From IMG/VR virus record IMGVR_UViG_3300007778_000025, positions 1 through 29,717 of that record: a stretch of DNA of 29,717 nucleotides, one strand, 5' to 3'. Under the pieces are notes generated by a model that saw nothing but the letters and a program-made list of their open reading frames with translations, did no database searches and had not been told where the DNA came from. The position numbers and the translations under genes were made by a program. Within the stretch, counting starts at the first letter, position 1; each line of letters opens with the position of its first letter. This document shows, piece by piece, positions 17,724 to 26,058 of this stretch. Origin of the DNA: a virus (lineage: Duplodnaviria > Caudoviricetes).

Positions 17724-18031
17724 TACTCGTTAGGCAATGACGTCAATGGGAAGTCAGGCTTGCGCTCAGTAACGGCTGGAGTGTTGTGGGCTTGCCAATG
17801 CGCGTCAAATACGTGATCATTGATTTGAACCATGGCCAACAGCTCAGCTTTTGTAAACTGCTCAGGGGTTTTACCTAAGTATTCTACTTCTTCGCGCTCA
17901 TTGTAAGTGGTTTTCCAACCATTAGAGTCAGCAACGCAGATTACTTCCAATTCCCACTCAGTAACAACACCGTCAGCAGTGCGTACAGTAGGAACAGCTT
18001 TTTTGAGAGTTTTAGTATAAGTCTGAGCCAT
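17723..18031 (-). CDS. Hypothetical protein, first gene of the modification cassette
   Basis: Strong GGAGGT SD. Coupled to the GT-A gene by TAATG. Confidence 0.75.
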   Translation of the reverse strand: MAQTYTKTLKKAVPTVRTADGVVTEWELEVICVADSNGWKTTYNEREEVEYLGKTPEQFTKAELLAMVQINDHVFDAHWQAHNTPAVTERKPDFPLTSLPNE

Positions 18032-18072
18032 TTTCGACCTCCGAAGGATTACTAGGCTGTATTTAAAAACCT

Positions 18073-18101
18073 ATAGTAGTATGTTTATACAATAGATGCA
18101 A
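18073..18101 (-). promoter_or_regulatory. Sigma70-like promoter for the modification cassette
   Basis: TTGCAT (18101-18096), 17-nt spacer, TACTAT (18078-18073). Confidence 0.6.
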
Positions 18102-18903
18102 CGCTATCTATGCTTCCAACTACTTCTAAATTGCCAGTGCGGCCTAAACGCATAAGCGCTGTACCGTTGTACTTAAATACGATACCTGCGCCTGTGTCCT
18201 CAGTTGTCCACCCAGTAGGAAGTAGAGCGACATCGCCCCATGAGGCGTTTGTACCGTCAGTGGTTAGGTACTTACCTGAGTTGCCGGTCTGGTCAGGTAG
18301 TGAGATGGGGGCGTCAGCTGGCTCCCAATACCCCGCAGAGTTCCACGTGAGAAGTTGGCCGCTAGTAGCAGTTGTAGTGGCTACGTCGTGCAGCTCGTGG
18401 AGGTGGAATCCGGTAATGGGGCGACAAAACAACGTGCCGTTCGAGGCGTGCGTCGCCACAACCATCGCTACAGAAATTACTTGATTGGGCGCGGTAGGCT
18501 CAACATTAGTAAGTCCACCCGCAGTGGTTGGCGACGCATAAAGTACCGTACCGTCTACCCACGTTTCGCCTTGTGCGGTACCGTTAGTAGCGATACCTTG
18601 AATCTCGCCAAACGACTTTACGTTGCCGAACTCGCCTAGGGCCATAGCATCATCAGCTACACCTAAGACGTATAATTCTTCAATCGTATTGTTGGCGATG
18701 TACTTAGAAACTTCAATCGTGCCGGACGCGCCTACAGCACCCGACGCATAAACAACATCACCTTTAGCAATGGCTTCTGCTGCTTTTACATAGAAAACTT
18801 GTGAACGCAACTCAATAAAGTTAGCGTCCAATTCAGCATTAGTAAGAGGGGCACCTTTATTAGTAACACCCGTAGCTGTTGTTTGGCGAGTTATGATAGC
18901 CAT
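18085..18903 (-). CDS. Short fibre/appendage protein
   Basis: N-term KGAPLTNAELDANF, AAEAIAKGDVVY domain, and fibre motifs LHELHDV...SGQLLTWNS..W and LPDQTGNSGKYLTTDGT. Confidence 0.7.
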   Translation of the reverse strand: MAIITRQTTATGVTNKGAPLTNAELDANFIELRSQVFYVKAAEAIAKGDVVYASGAVGASGTIEVSKYIANNTIEELYVLGVADDAMALGEFGNVKSFGEIQGIATNGTAQGETWVDGTVLYASPTTAGGLTNVEPTAPNQVISVAMVVATHASNGTLFCRPITGFHLHELHDVATTTATSGQLLTWNSAGYWEPADAPISLPDQTGNSGKYLTTDGTNASWGDVALLPTGWTTEDTGAGIVFKYNGTALMRLGRTGNLEVVGSIDSVASIV

Positions 18904-18925
18904 CTAATGGTGCCCCTTATGCTAA

Positions 18926-19384
18926 TTAGGCTGCGCTAAGAGTAATTGTCCAAGTAATACTCATAGTATCTTCCGCGCCTTTGTTAACTGTGGCGAATAC
19001 TGTACGACACAGCATATCACCAGTAGCAACGCTAGGATCATTGAAAATACCAGCTTCTACGATTGCGCCTGAACTTACTCCAGCACCGAAAGTGGCAGTG
19101 TAAGTCACAGTATTATTTGTAGCTGTACCGTTATTATCAGTAGCTATGCGTGTGCCCAAGTAACCTAAAAGGTCAGTCTGACCAGCTGCAGCTGCAGTAT
19201 TGTCAGAACCTACGGCCATGTATCCCATAACAGATGACGCAGTGCCAGCCATACGCGAACAGATGAAATCGAGACCTGAGTCTACGACCAAGTTCTTTTC
19301 TTTGCGCTCTTCTTTGACCTTACCGTCTTTGTCTTTTAGGACGATGGTAAGCTCACCGCTTAATTTCAATGTTTCATTAATCAT
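18926..19384 (-). CDS. Virion structural protein resembling a tail-collar/fibre-anchor domain
   Basis: NLVVDSG...YMAVGS...IVEAGIFN...GDMLCRTVF..VNK...TMSITWTIT. Start moved to ATG 19384 (GAGGT SD). Confidence 0.7.
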   Translation of the reverse strand: MINETLKLSGELTIVLKDKDGKVKEERKEKNLVVDSGLDFICSRMAGTASSVMGYMAVGSDNTAAAAGQTDLLGYLGTRIATDNNGTATNNTVTYTATFGAGVSSGAIVEAGIFNDPSVATGDMLCRTVFATVNKGAEDTMSITWTITLSAA

Positions 19385-19392
19385 GTTAAACC

Positions 19393-21012
19393 TCAAAATG
19401 GTTGTGAGTTACCAACAAAGTCTTGGGCAAAATAAGTCATATCGACCGTGTAATCTTGCCAAAATAGTGCGCCAAAATCGGTAACAGAACCTTGGTCACT
19501 AATTCCCTTACTTACTGATTTTATAGTAGATTCGCTAACACTACCAATTTCTGTTAGATTTTTATCTACATCTATTAATGTAGCATCTCCAACAGTAGCA
19601 TTGTCAGCGAAAGTACGCAGGAAAGAAAGAAAATATGAAAAACTATCACTAACGCTTGCGCTATCGACATAGTTTCCAACAAAACCTAAGAAAATCTCTA
19701 GCGCATCTGACACAGCGGCTAGATCGTTAATTCCTTTACCTACTGATTTTATAGCGGACTCATCGACGCTACCAACTTCAGATAGGCTTTTGTGTACACC
19801 TAGCGCAGTAGCATCGTCAACAGTAGCATTGTCAGCAAAAGTACGCAGGAAAGAAAGGAAGTACGAAAAACTATCGCTAGCACTTGCGCTATCTACATAG
19901 TTTCCAACATAGCCTAAGAAAATCTCTAGCGCATCTGACACAGAACCTTGGTCACTAAGTACCTTACTTATTGATTTTATAGCAGATTCGCTAACACTAC
20001 CGACTTCCGATAGGCTTTTGTGTACACCTAGCGCGGTAGTATCTTCAAAAGTAATATTGTCAGCGAAAGTACGTAGGTAAGAAAGAAAATAAGAAAGACT
20101 ATCGCTAACGCTTGCGCTATCAGTATACGTACCTACAAAGTCTAAGAAAATTTGTAAGGCATCTGACACAGCAGCTGCATCAGAATAACCTCGACTGTAG
20201 TTAACTGTTCTGTCAAACAAATCACTGACTTGCGCTGTTTCTATGCGTATTTTACTAAACGCTACAGATATCTCGTCTACCGCCGAAGCAAGACCATCTA
20301 AGTCATCTGTCGCATTAACAACATCAATAAACGTTCGCAGGAAATCTACTTGGTATGCAATAGAATCACTGGCGCTAGCCGCATCGCTGGTAGCTTTGTT
20401 TACGTTTAATGCTAACTGCTCGTCAACGGTGTATGCATCAGCAAACTCACGAAGGTAAGAAACAACACGAACAAATGTGTCGGAAACAATAGAGTCGTCG
20501 GATAACGACTTATCTAAGCTAAAGTTAAGCGTATCCGTACCACTCGCCGCGTCAGCTAAGTGATAATCTAGCGAATAAGATAAAGATTCCGTTACTGATG
20601 TTTGGTCTTGATATGTAGTGCCAAAATCATAACTTAAAGTATCAGTAGCGCTAAATGTGTCTGTTAGTAATTTGCCCGCCGACCATGAAATAGAATCTTG
20701 TGCGGAAGATACGTCAGAAAGTTTTTTGTTTACACTTAAAACGCTAGCATCTACGAAGCTCACTTCATTAGATAGGGCTTTAGTAAGTCCAACAGATACA
20801 ATGTCAGATACAGTAAATGTGTCAGATAGCTGTAAAGCTAAAATAAACTGCCCAAAAAGAAGAGGCGTAGTGGTTATAAACTTAGCGTTTACAGCGCCAG
20901 ATATATCTTGGGCAGTAACATCAGAAGATAACGCTGTATAGGTAAGCGTAGCTTTAGGGCTAGCTGCAGCTAGCGAACCCGCTACATTGGAAGGCGTTAT
21001 CTCCATAGCCAT
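19393..21012 (-). CDS. Ser/Asp-rich repetitive structural protein (about 19-aa period)
   Basis: Recurrent K.LSD.xS.SD and RTF.D motifs along most of its length. Flanked by structural genes. Confidence 0.75.
   Translation of the reverse strand: MAMEITPSNVAGSLAAASPKATLTYTALSSDVTAQDISGAVNAKFITTTPLLFGQFILALQLSDTFTVSDIVSVGLTKALSNEVSFVDASVLSVNKKLSDVSSAQDSISWSAGKLLTDTFSATDTLSYDFGTTYQDQTSVTESLSYSLDYHLADAASGTDTLNFSLDKSLSDDSIVSDTFVRVVSYLREFADAYTVDEQLALNVNKATSDAASASDSIAYQVDFLRTFIDVVNATDDLDGLASAVDEISVAFSKIRIETAQVSDLFDRTVNYSRGYSDAAAVSDALQIFLDFVGTYTDSASVSDSLSYFLSYLRTFADNITFEDTTALGVHKSLSEVGSVSESAIKSISKVLSDQGSVSDALEIFLGYVGNYVDSASASDSFSYFLSFLRTFADNATVDDATALGVHKSLSEVGSVDESAIKSVGKGINDLAAVSDALEIFLGFVGNYVDSASVSDSFSYFLSFLRTFADNATVGDATLIDVDKNLTEIGSVSESTIKSVSKGISDQGSVTDFGALFWQDYTVDMTYFAQDFVGNSQPF
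19487..20170 (-). repeat. Three tandem 228-bp (76-aa, 4x19) repeats
   Basis: gcatctgacaca at 19703, 19931 and 20159. Unit VSDAL.IFL..VG.Y.DSAS.SDS.SYFLS.LRTFADN... Confidence 0.9.
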
Positions 21013-21386
21013 TAGTCAAAGTCTTCACGCACTTTAAACTTAATAAGATCGTACATAGTCTGTACAGTACCAGTATTGTCTGTAACTTCGACTTCGCCTT
21101 CGTATAAACCACTTGCAGTAAACGCATTACCTACAAATGAGAAAGCAACCGAACCTTCTAAAGGAGCCGCAACAACACCTAATAAATCGGAAATTATAGC
21201 AGTGCCGCCCACTTCGCGGATACGTAAGTGCACGGTTGCGCCCGTCAGATCAATAGGTGCCCATGTATTGGAATCGTTGGCGTCATAAGTTACACCGTCA
21301 GGGGCGGTATTAGAATCCTTAAGCGTAAGCTTAATATCGGGGCCAGTATCGCCCACCACCATTTTTACGGTCTCTATGTACGCCAT
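21012..21386 (-). CDS. BppU N-terminal-like/Ig-like structural protein
   Basis: GDTGP.IKLTLKD...PIDLTGATVHLRIR...G.YEGEVEVT...G.VQT...KFKVREDF. AGGAG SD. Confidence 0.7.
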   Translation of the reverse strand: MAYIETVKMVVGDTGPDIKLTLKDSNTAPDGVTYDANDSNTWAPIDLTGATVHLRIREVGGTAIISDLLGVVAAPLEGSVAFSFVGNAFTASGLYEGEVEVTDNTGTVQTMYDLIKFKVREDFD

Positions 21387-21395
21387 GATCTACTC

Positions 21396-22070
21396 CTAGG
21401 CTACAGCTGGGCCAGAAAGTGTTACTTTAGGAGCAACGCTTGTCGTACCTTGAACCTCTATACCTAATGCATTGGCAAACGCTTGGTAGTGCGCCATAGC
21501 GCGCTGAGAATTACCAGCGTATTCACTGTCTTTAGTGTAAGCGCGGTATAACATGTAGTCGATAATTACGTTGCCGTAGATATCTGGCACGTCTAAGTTG
21601 CCCACAACATCTGTGTAGTCCGCACCTTCAGCTGGCTCTGCAACGTCTGTAGGATACGCTGAGTAAGACATCTCGATAGAGGTGTTAGTAGTCGCTGGTG
21701 GGTAGACGTAAAAAACACGAGCATCACGAGGATCGTACATAAAATGTACAACGTTATCTGCGCCCGTTAATGAGTACCAGTTAGGTGTTTGCGCGTCTAT
21801 AATCTCACGCGGTACTTGGCGAATTGCGCCGCCAGAAGTATTACGCACGATATCGACAAGCTTTGCGCCATCAACAGGTAAGGACTGCTTAGGGCCAGCA
21901 ACGCAAGTGTGGGAAACATTTTTAATTGTTGCATCAGGGCGATACAAAATAACTTCACGTTGACCATCGTTGAGGTAGCGAACAAGCTCAGCTACTGGCC
22001 ATCGTACTGATGTAGTGTCCTGAAGCGTACCTACTACGCGCTGAACAATGGATTGGGCTAAAAGTGCCAT
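21396..22070 (-). CDS. Head-tail adaptor (DUF6682-like)
   Basis: LQDTTSVRWPVAELVRYLNDGQRE...RPDA, FYVYPP, and DYMLYRAYTKDSEYAGN..RA.AHYQAF. Confidence 0.8.
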   Translation of the reverse strand: MALLAQSIVQRVVGTLQDTTSVRWPVAELVRYLNDGQREVILYRPDATIKNVSHTCVAGPKQSLPVDGAKLVDIVRNTSGGAIRQVPREIIDAQTPNWYSLTGADNVVHFMYDPRDARVFYVYPPATTNTSIEMSYSAYPTDVAEPAEGADYTDVVGNLDVPDIYGNVIIDYMLYRAYTKDSEYAGNSQRAMAHYQAFANALGIEVQGTTSVAPKVTLSGPAVA

Positions 22071-22081
22071 ATCAAATTACC

Positions 22082-22711
22082 TCACACTAGTGGTCGTAGA
22101 GCTACACGAGTAGAAGACCTAACTCGTCCTTGGTAGCTATCAATTTTTGCTGCTTGGCAGTGTCGCATAAATTCATTACGCTTATACATTGCCAAATCAG
22201 AGTTACTAAACGGCATATTAGGAGTTCCGGCAATACGTGCAACAGCGCCACAACTAATAGCCTCACCCCAATAATCTACTAAATCGTCTTCAATCGACGT
22301 CGCTCCAAACGCAGGAGCATAAGCTACCGTAAGTTGGATCGTGTATTTATCATCGGGGATTGGGTATAAGTTAACCTGTAATACAGAGCCTGTACGGGTA
22401 GTGTAAAACCCCATGGGTTTACCGTCAGTTTTGGTTAACTTAGCTGCGTCTGTGGTATGTATGCCAGCAACAATCACATCGTCAACTTTTGCTGATATGA
22501 TACGAGACACACGCATCTGCGTATTTGGGACGTCAACATCGTACTCGGCAATGCCCTTAGACGTTGGAAACGCATCTAAAGTTTCTGCCATAGCCGCCGT
22601 TTTATCACAAAACTCAATGGCAGCTTGCACAATAGCCTGACGCGCCAACGGCTCCGAGCATCCTGTGACGAACGGAAGAACGTAAGGAAAAAGCGTGTCT
22701 ACAGAAATCAT
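22082..22711 (-). CDS. Head-tail adaptor/tail tubular A-like protein
   Basis: PYVLPFVTGC.EP...QAI..AAIEFC.KT, LYPIPD, and EAI..GA.AR....P..PFSN. Confidence 0.75.
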   Translation of the reverse strand: MISVDTLFPYVLPFVTGCSEPLARQAIVQAAIEFCDKTAAMAETLDAFPTSKGIAEYDVDVPNTQMRVSRIISAKVDDVIVAGIHTTDAAKLTKTDGKPMGFYTTRTGSVLQVNLYPIPDDKYTIQLTVAYAPAFGATSIEDDLVDYWGEAISCGAVARIAGTPNMPFSNSDLAMYKRNEFMRHCQAAKIDSYQGRVRSSTRVALRPLV

Positions 22712-22739
22712 GCTACACCTATGAGCTAAATTCTATTTG

Positions 22740-22748
22740 ATTCTAGCA
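22740..22748 (-). promoter_or_regulatory. Extended -10 promoter candidate before the adaptor genes
   Basis: Minus strand TG-C-TAGAAT, intergenic and downstream of the capsid terminator. Confidence 0.45.
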
Positions 22749-22752
22749 CCTA

Positions 22753-22992
22753 TTATGAGGCTTTGCGAGATTTTGTACTGGTAGTTGACTTTTTCGCAGG
22801 GGCTTTCGGCGCAGGGGCTTCAGCCTTAGCTTTTTTGCGAAGTTCATTCGCTAATAACTGACCTTCTGGAGTGAATTCAAATCCTTCTGCGCCGGGTCTA
22901 GCGATTATGACTGCTTTGTTTTTGACACGGGCTTGGATGCGTCCACCTACAACTTGGCCGTTGTGGTGCTTCATTACTTCTTCAGGTGTCAT
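22753..22992 (-). CDS. Small hypothetical protein with K/A/P-rich tail
   Basis: AGGAG SD. Directly follows the capsid gene. Confidence 0.75.
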   Translation of the reverse strand: MTPEEVMKHHNGQVVGGRIQARVKNKAVIIARPGAEGFEFTPEGQLLANELRKKAKAEAPAPKAPAKKSTTSTKSRKAS

Positions 22993-23003
22993 AGTATTCT
23001 CCT

Positions 23004-23030
23004 AATAAAAAGGGAGCCGAAGCTCCCTTC
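23004..23030 (-). terminator. Intrinsic terminator after the major capsid gene
   Basis: Minus strand AAGGGAGC-TTCG-GCTCCCTT-TTTATT (cUUCGg loop with U-tract). Confidence 0.9.
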
Positions 23031-23043
23031 TAGTGCTGAGCTA

Positions 23044-24042
23044 TTAAGCTTCAACAACCGCTGTTACCAACGCGTCGTCTTTAACAACTTTGCGACCGTA
23101 AACGGCTAAGCCGCGTACTTTGTCACCGAAGTCGTCTTGGTTACGCAAGGTTTCAGTTTTGCTGATTGTCGCTGCGAATGAAATCGCGTGCTTAGTGCCA
23201 GCAACCATCATGGTGCGATCAACAGCAGAAGCAGAAGCTCCGGGAGTCAATGAACCCAAGCCGTCGTTCCAAGCTTCGTCAGCAGCGCCGCGTGGCAACA
23301 AGTTAGAAACGTATACAGTGAAACGATCCAACATGCCGATTTTGCCAGTGCGGATAACACTTGACTGGTCGCCAGTGAAGTATGCTTGTGCGATGTTAGA
23401 AGACATCAAAGCATTACGTTGGTTAGGAGTGATTACCAAGAAGCGGCCATCTTCAGGTACGTTTTGCTCGTCCAATACTGCTGACATCTGCAAAATGGTA
23501 GACAAGATGTTAGCTTTAGTAGAAGCTGCAACGTCAGTACCTAAGTTGTAGCCAGCTGAGATAGCACCAGCAGTAGCGCCAGAGTTAGCAGCAGCGGCAC
23601 CTTCGGTGATGAAAGAGTTGTAGAACACTTCGTTTTCGATAGCGATTTTCAACTGCTTGGCAGCATCTTCGGTGAACATGTTCATCAAGTTCATGTCTGA
23701 CTGTTGAGCCAACACGTCGTTGGTTTGTACTGAGAAGTACTTACCTTTGTTGATTTGCATGTCTTGGTAGAGAGGCTCTGGAGTTTCAGTAACCAAGTTC
23801 ATACCAGCGGTATAGTCTTGGATGCTGATTGAAGGCGCTGTACGGATACGAATGGTATCACCTTGGTTCTTCAATTCACCTTCGTAGTCAGTGTTGCAGA
23901 TCTCTGACAACATGGTGTTTTGGTAGAACTTAGCAAGTAGCTTGCCTGACCAGAGAGTAGGGATAAAAGTACCGCTATAAGCAGTAGTAGTATCCGCGTA
24001 GTTAGTTACGGGATAGACCGCACCGGGAGTAATAGTAGCCAT
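23044..24042 (-). CDS. Major capsid protein (HK97 fold)
   Basis: FIPTLWSGKLL...NTDYEGELKNQGDTIRI...LDEQNVPEDGRFLV...FGDKVRGLAVYGRKVV. Lies between the scaffold gene and a strong terminator. Confidence 0.93.
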   Translation of the reverse strand: MATITPGAVYPVTNYADTTTAYSGTFIPTLWSGKLLAKFYQNTMLSEICNTDYEGELKNQGDTIRIRTAPSISIQDYTAGMNLVTETPEPLYQDMQINKGKYFSVQTNDVLAQQSDMNLMNMFTEDAAKQLKIAIENEVFYNSFITEGAAAANSGATAGAISAGYNLGTDVAASTKANILSTILQMSAVLDEQNVPEDGRFLVITPNQRNALMSSNIAQAYFTGDQSSVIRTGKIGMLDRFTVYVSNLLPRGAADEAWNDGLGSLTPGASASAVDRTMMVAGTKHAISFAATISKTETLRNQDDFGDKVRGLAVYGRKVVKDDALVTAVVEA

Positions 24043-24077
24043 AATAAAATTCCTAAATATTTAACAGGGTTAATACG

Positions 24078-25079
24078 CTAACGTACACGGCCTTCCATGA
24101 ACGCTGCGTCGATTTCAGCTTCAAGTTTACGAGCTTCCTCAGTCGCACCCATCTTGGCAATTCTAGTGAACATATTCTGAATATCAGCTTGTGTATATGT
24201 CGCACCTTTGCTTGAGGGGGCTGCGTTGCTAGACGCTGACCGACTCGGCTGAATCTGACGTTCAAGTTCTGCTTTGGCTTTTTTCGGAGCCTCAACTTCA
24301 ACGGGAGCTTGGCTTTGCTTAAACAAATCGACGTAATACGCCACTGCTTCTGCATCACCCGACTCATACGCTTGTTGAGCAACGGTCATACGCGGCCCTC
24401 TCAACAGGGGGTCTACTTCATTTAGCCAGTCTATCCACTCGGGACTCGTGTTCACCTGATCAAAGTCAGGCACTAAACGATGTAAACGCTGTTCAAAGGA
24501 TGCGGTTGAGACTTTTGAATCAGTAGATGAGGCCATCTTACGAAGGCTTTCATTCTCTTCTTTCAATGCGTCGAGTTCTGCGCGGAACTCCGCTGCCACT
24601 TCGCGTGCGACTCGTCGCTGCACGTCGATGAGGTCTTCACCAAATTCTTTAACGTCTTCATCTGTGACAAGACGAAGTTGTTCTTGGGCTTCCTGCTTCG
24701 CTGCTTGTGCTTTCTCTGTAGCGGCGGTCAAAGATTCAACCTTAGCTGTCAGTTCTTTCACTTGCGAGTGAAGACGAGGAACTTCGGCGTCGTACATACC
24801 CTGAAGGGTTTTGTACTTCTGCTCCCATTTCCTAATTTCGTCCGTCTTTTTGGCTTCTTCCGCTTTTGGTTGACTAACTTCTTCAACGTCTGCGTCATCT
24901 TCCGGCTGTGCCAATACTTCTTCAGGGGCTTCAACAGGCTCTGCCTCTTGCGTTACTTGAGGTTGCTCAACGAACGCTTGCGGCTTGTTAGGGTCTGCTA
25001 GTTCCTGTTCTCCGTATAGCTGCTTTTCTAACTCTTCAGTTTGTTTAAGTTGTTCTTCAACTTGGCGTGGTAAAGCCAT
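24078..25079 (-). CDS. Capsid scaffolding protein
   Basis: Acidic N-terminus, coiled coil WEQKYKTLQGMYDAEVPRL, C-term LEAEIDAAFMEGRVR. AAAGGAG SD. Directly upstream of the capsid gene. Confidence 0.85.
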   Translation of the reverse strand: MALPRQVEEQLKQTEELEKQLYGEQELADPNKPQAFVEQPQVTQEAEPVEAPEEVLAQPEDDADVEEVSQPKAEEAKKTDEIRKWEQKYKTLQGMYDAEVPRLHSQVKELTAKVESLTAATEKAQAAKQEAQEQLRLVTDEDVKEFGEDLIDVQRRVAREVAAEFRAELDALKEENESLRKMASSTDSKVSTASFEQRLHRLVPDFDQVNTSPEWIDWLNEVDPLLRGPRMTVAQQAYESGDAEAVAYYVDLFKQSQAPVEVEAPKKAKAELERQIQPSRSASSNAAPSSKGATYTQADIQNMFTRIAKMGATEEARKLEAEIDAAFMEGRVR

Positions 25080-25163
25080 TACACATCTCCTTTAAGCTCC
25101 AACTCTGTTAAACGCTCCCTTGGGTGTGCGAAAAACGTAATGGTTTGCTAGGACTACATTTGC

Positions 25164-25412
25164 TTACTTACGTAAGCGCTCTAATACATCGGGGCTGATT
25201 TCAACAGCCTCAATGAGTTCTTCCAATACCCTCACCATGCCCTGCAATCGATAAATTCTTGCCTGATCTTCTGCACTGACTAAAGCGTCTTTTGTGCGAG
25301 TAGAAGCTTCTCGAATTACCTCAAGCAGTTTATGGCCTAATTCACTTTGCTTACAGTGCACAAGGGCTTGTATGTGCTGTGGATTAGGTTTATTGCTGAT
25401 GAATGTATTCAT
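25164..25412 (-). CDS. Small helical head-module protein
   Basis: IYRLQG..RVLEEL motif, typical of the small gene between portal and scaffold. Confidence 0.7.
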   Translation of the reverse strand: MNTFISNKPNPQHIQALVHCKQSELGHKLLEVIREASTRTKDALVSAEDQARIYRLQGMVRVLEELIEAVEISPDVLERLRK

Positions 25413-25418
25413 AAGTAA

Positions 25419-25449
25419 ATTATATAACAGTTAACTGGCAGTGCGTCAA
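25419..25449 (-). promoter_or_regulatory. Sigma70-like promoter for the head operon, probably leaderless
   Basis: TTGACG (25449-25444), 19-nt spacer, TATAAT (25424-25419), then 6 nt to the ATG at 25412. Confidence 0.6.
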
Positions 25450-26058
25450 TTATAACCATGCAATTAAACTGATAAGTTCCTCATTTGAAGGATTTTTTAC
25501 TGTTTCTGGAGGTAAAACTACACGAAGTGGTGCAGCATACGCATCCACAGCGGTCGTTTCGACTCCTGCTTTAGGTCTAGTAATAACGGTATTTACCGCT
25601 AATTCGTGTGACACTTCTGGCGCAGAACTTGCTGCTGTAGGGACTAATACTAAAGTATTAGTGGTTAATTTTTGTTCAATGGGTTTAGTAAGGACAGAAA
25701 CCCTAGGTAATACATCTGGCTCAAACGCCGGAATCTCTACAGGATTAACAACCTCTTCACGCAGAATACGCGTAAGCGCGGGTGTTAACTTAACAATTTC
25801 TGGTATGGTAGGCTGGAATAGCGAGTAGTTAGACCATGCTTTAGCCGTTACTTCTGGTGTCTGTGTGCCAAACTTGCGACGGAATGGTACTGATCCGTCT
25901 TCATTAACAATCGGATCTTGTGGGGTAGGCGGTACATAGTCGCCATAAATGGAGTTTTCAAACGCCTGATCAGGGTCGAAGTTATACCCCATGTTAGCGG
26001 TAGTTTGTGGAGCGTAACCAACACCAAGTACCGCGATAAGGCGAGTATCAATAGCCAT
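25450..26058 (-). CDS. Hypothetical P/T/V-rich protein
   Basis: TAATG-coupled to the upstream gene. Extended low-complexity body and C-term NEELISLIAWL. Confidence 0.7.
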   Translation of the reverse strand: MAIDTRLIAVLGVGYAPQTTANMGYNFDPDQAFENSIYGDYVPPTPQDPIVNEDGSVPFRRKFGTQTPEVTAKAWSNYSLFQPTIPEIVKLTPALTRILREEVVNPVEIPAFEPDVLPRVSVLTKPIEQKLTTNTLVLVPTAASSAPEVSHELAVNTVITRPKAGVETTAVDAYAAPLRVVLPPETVKNPSNEELISLIAWL

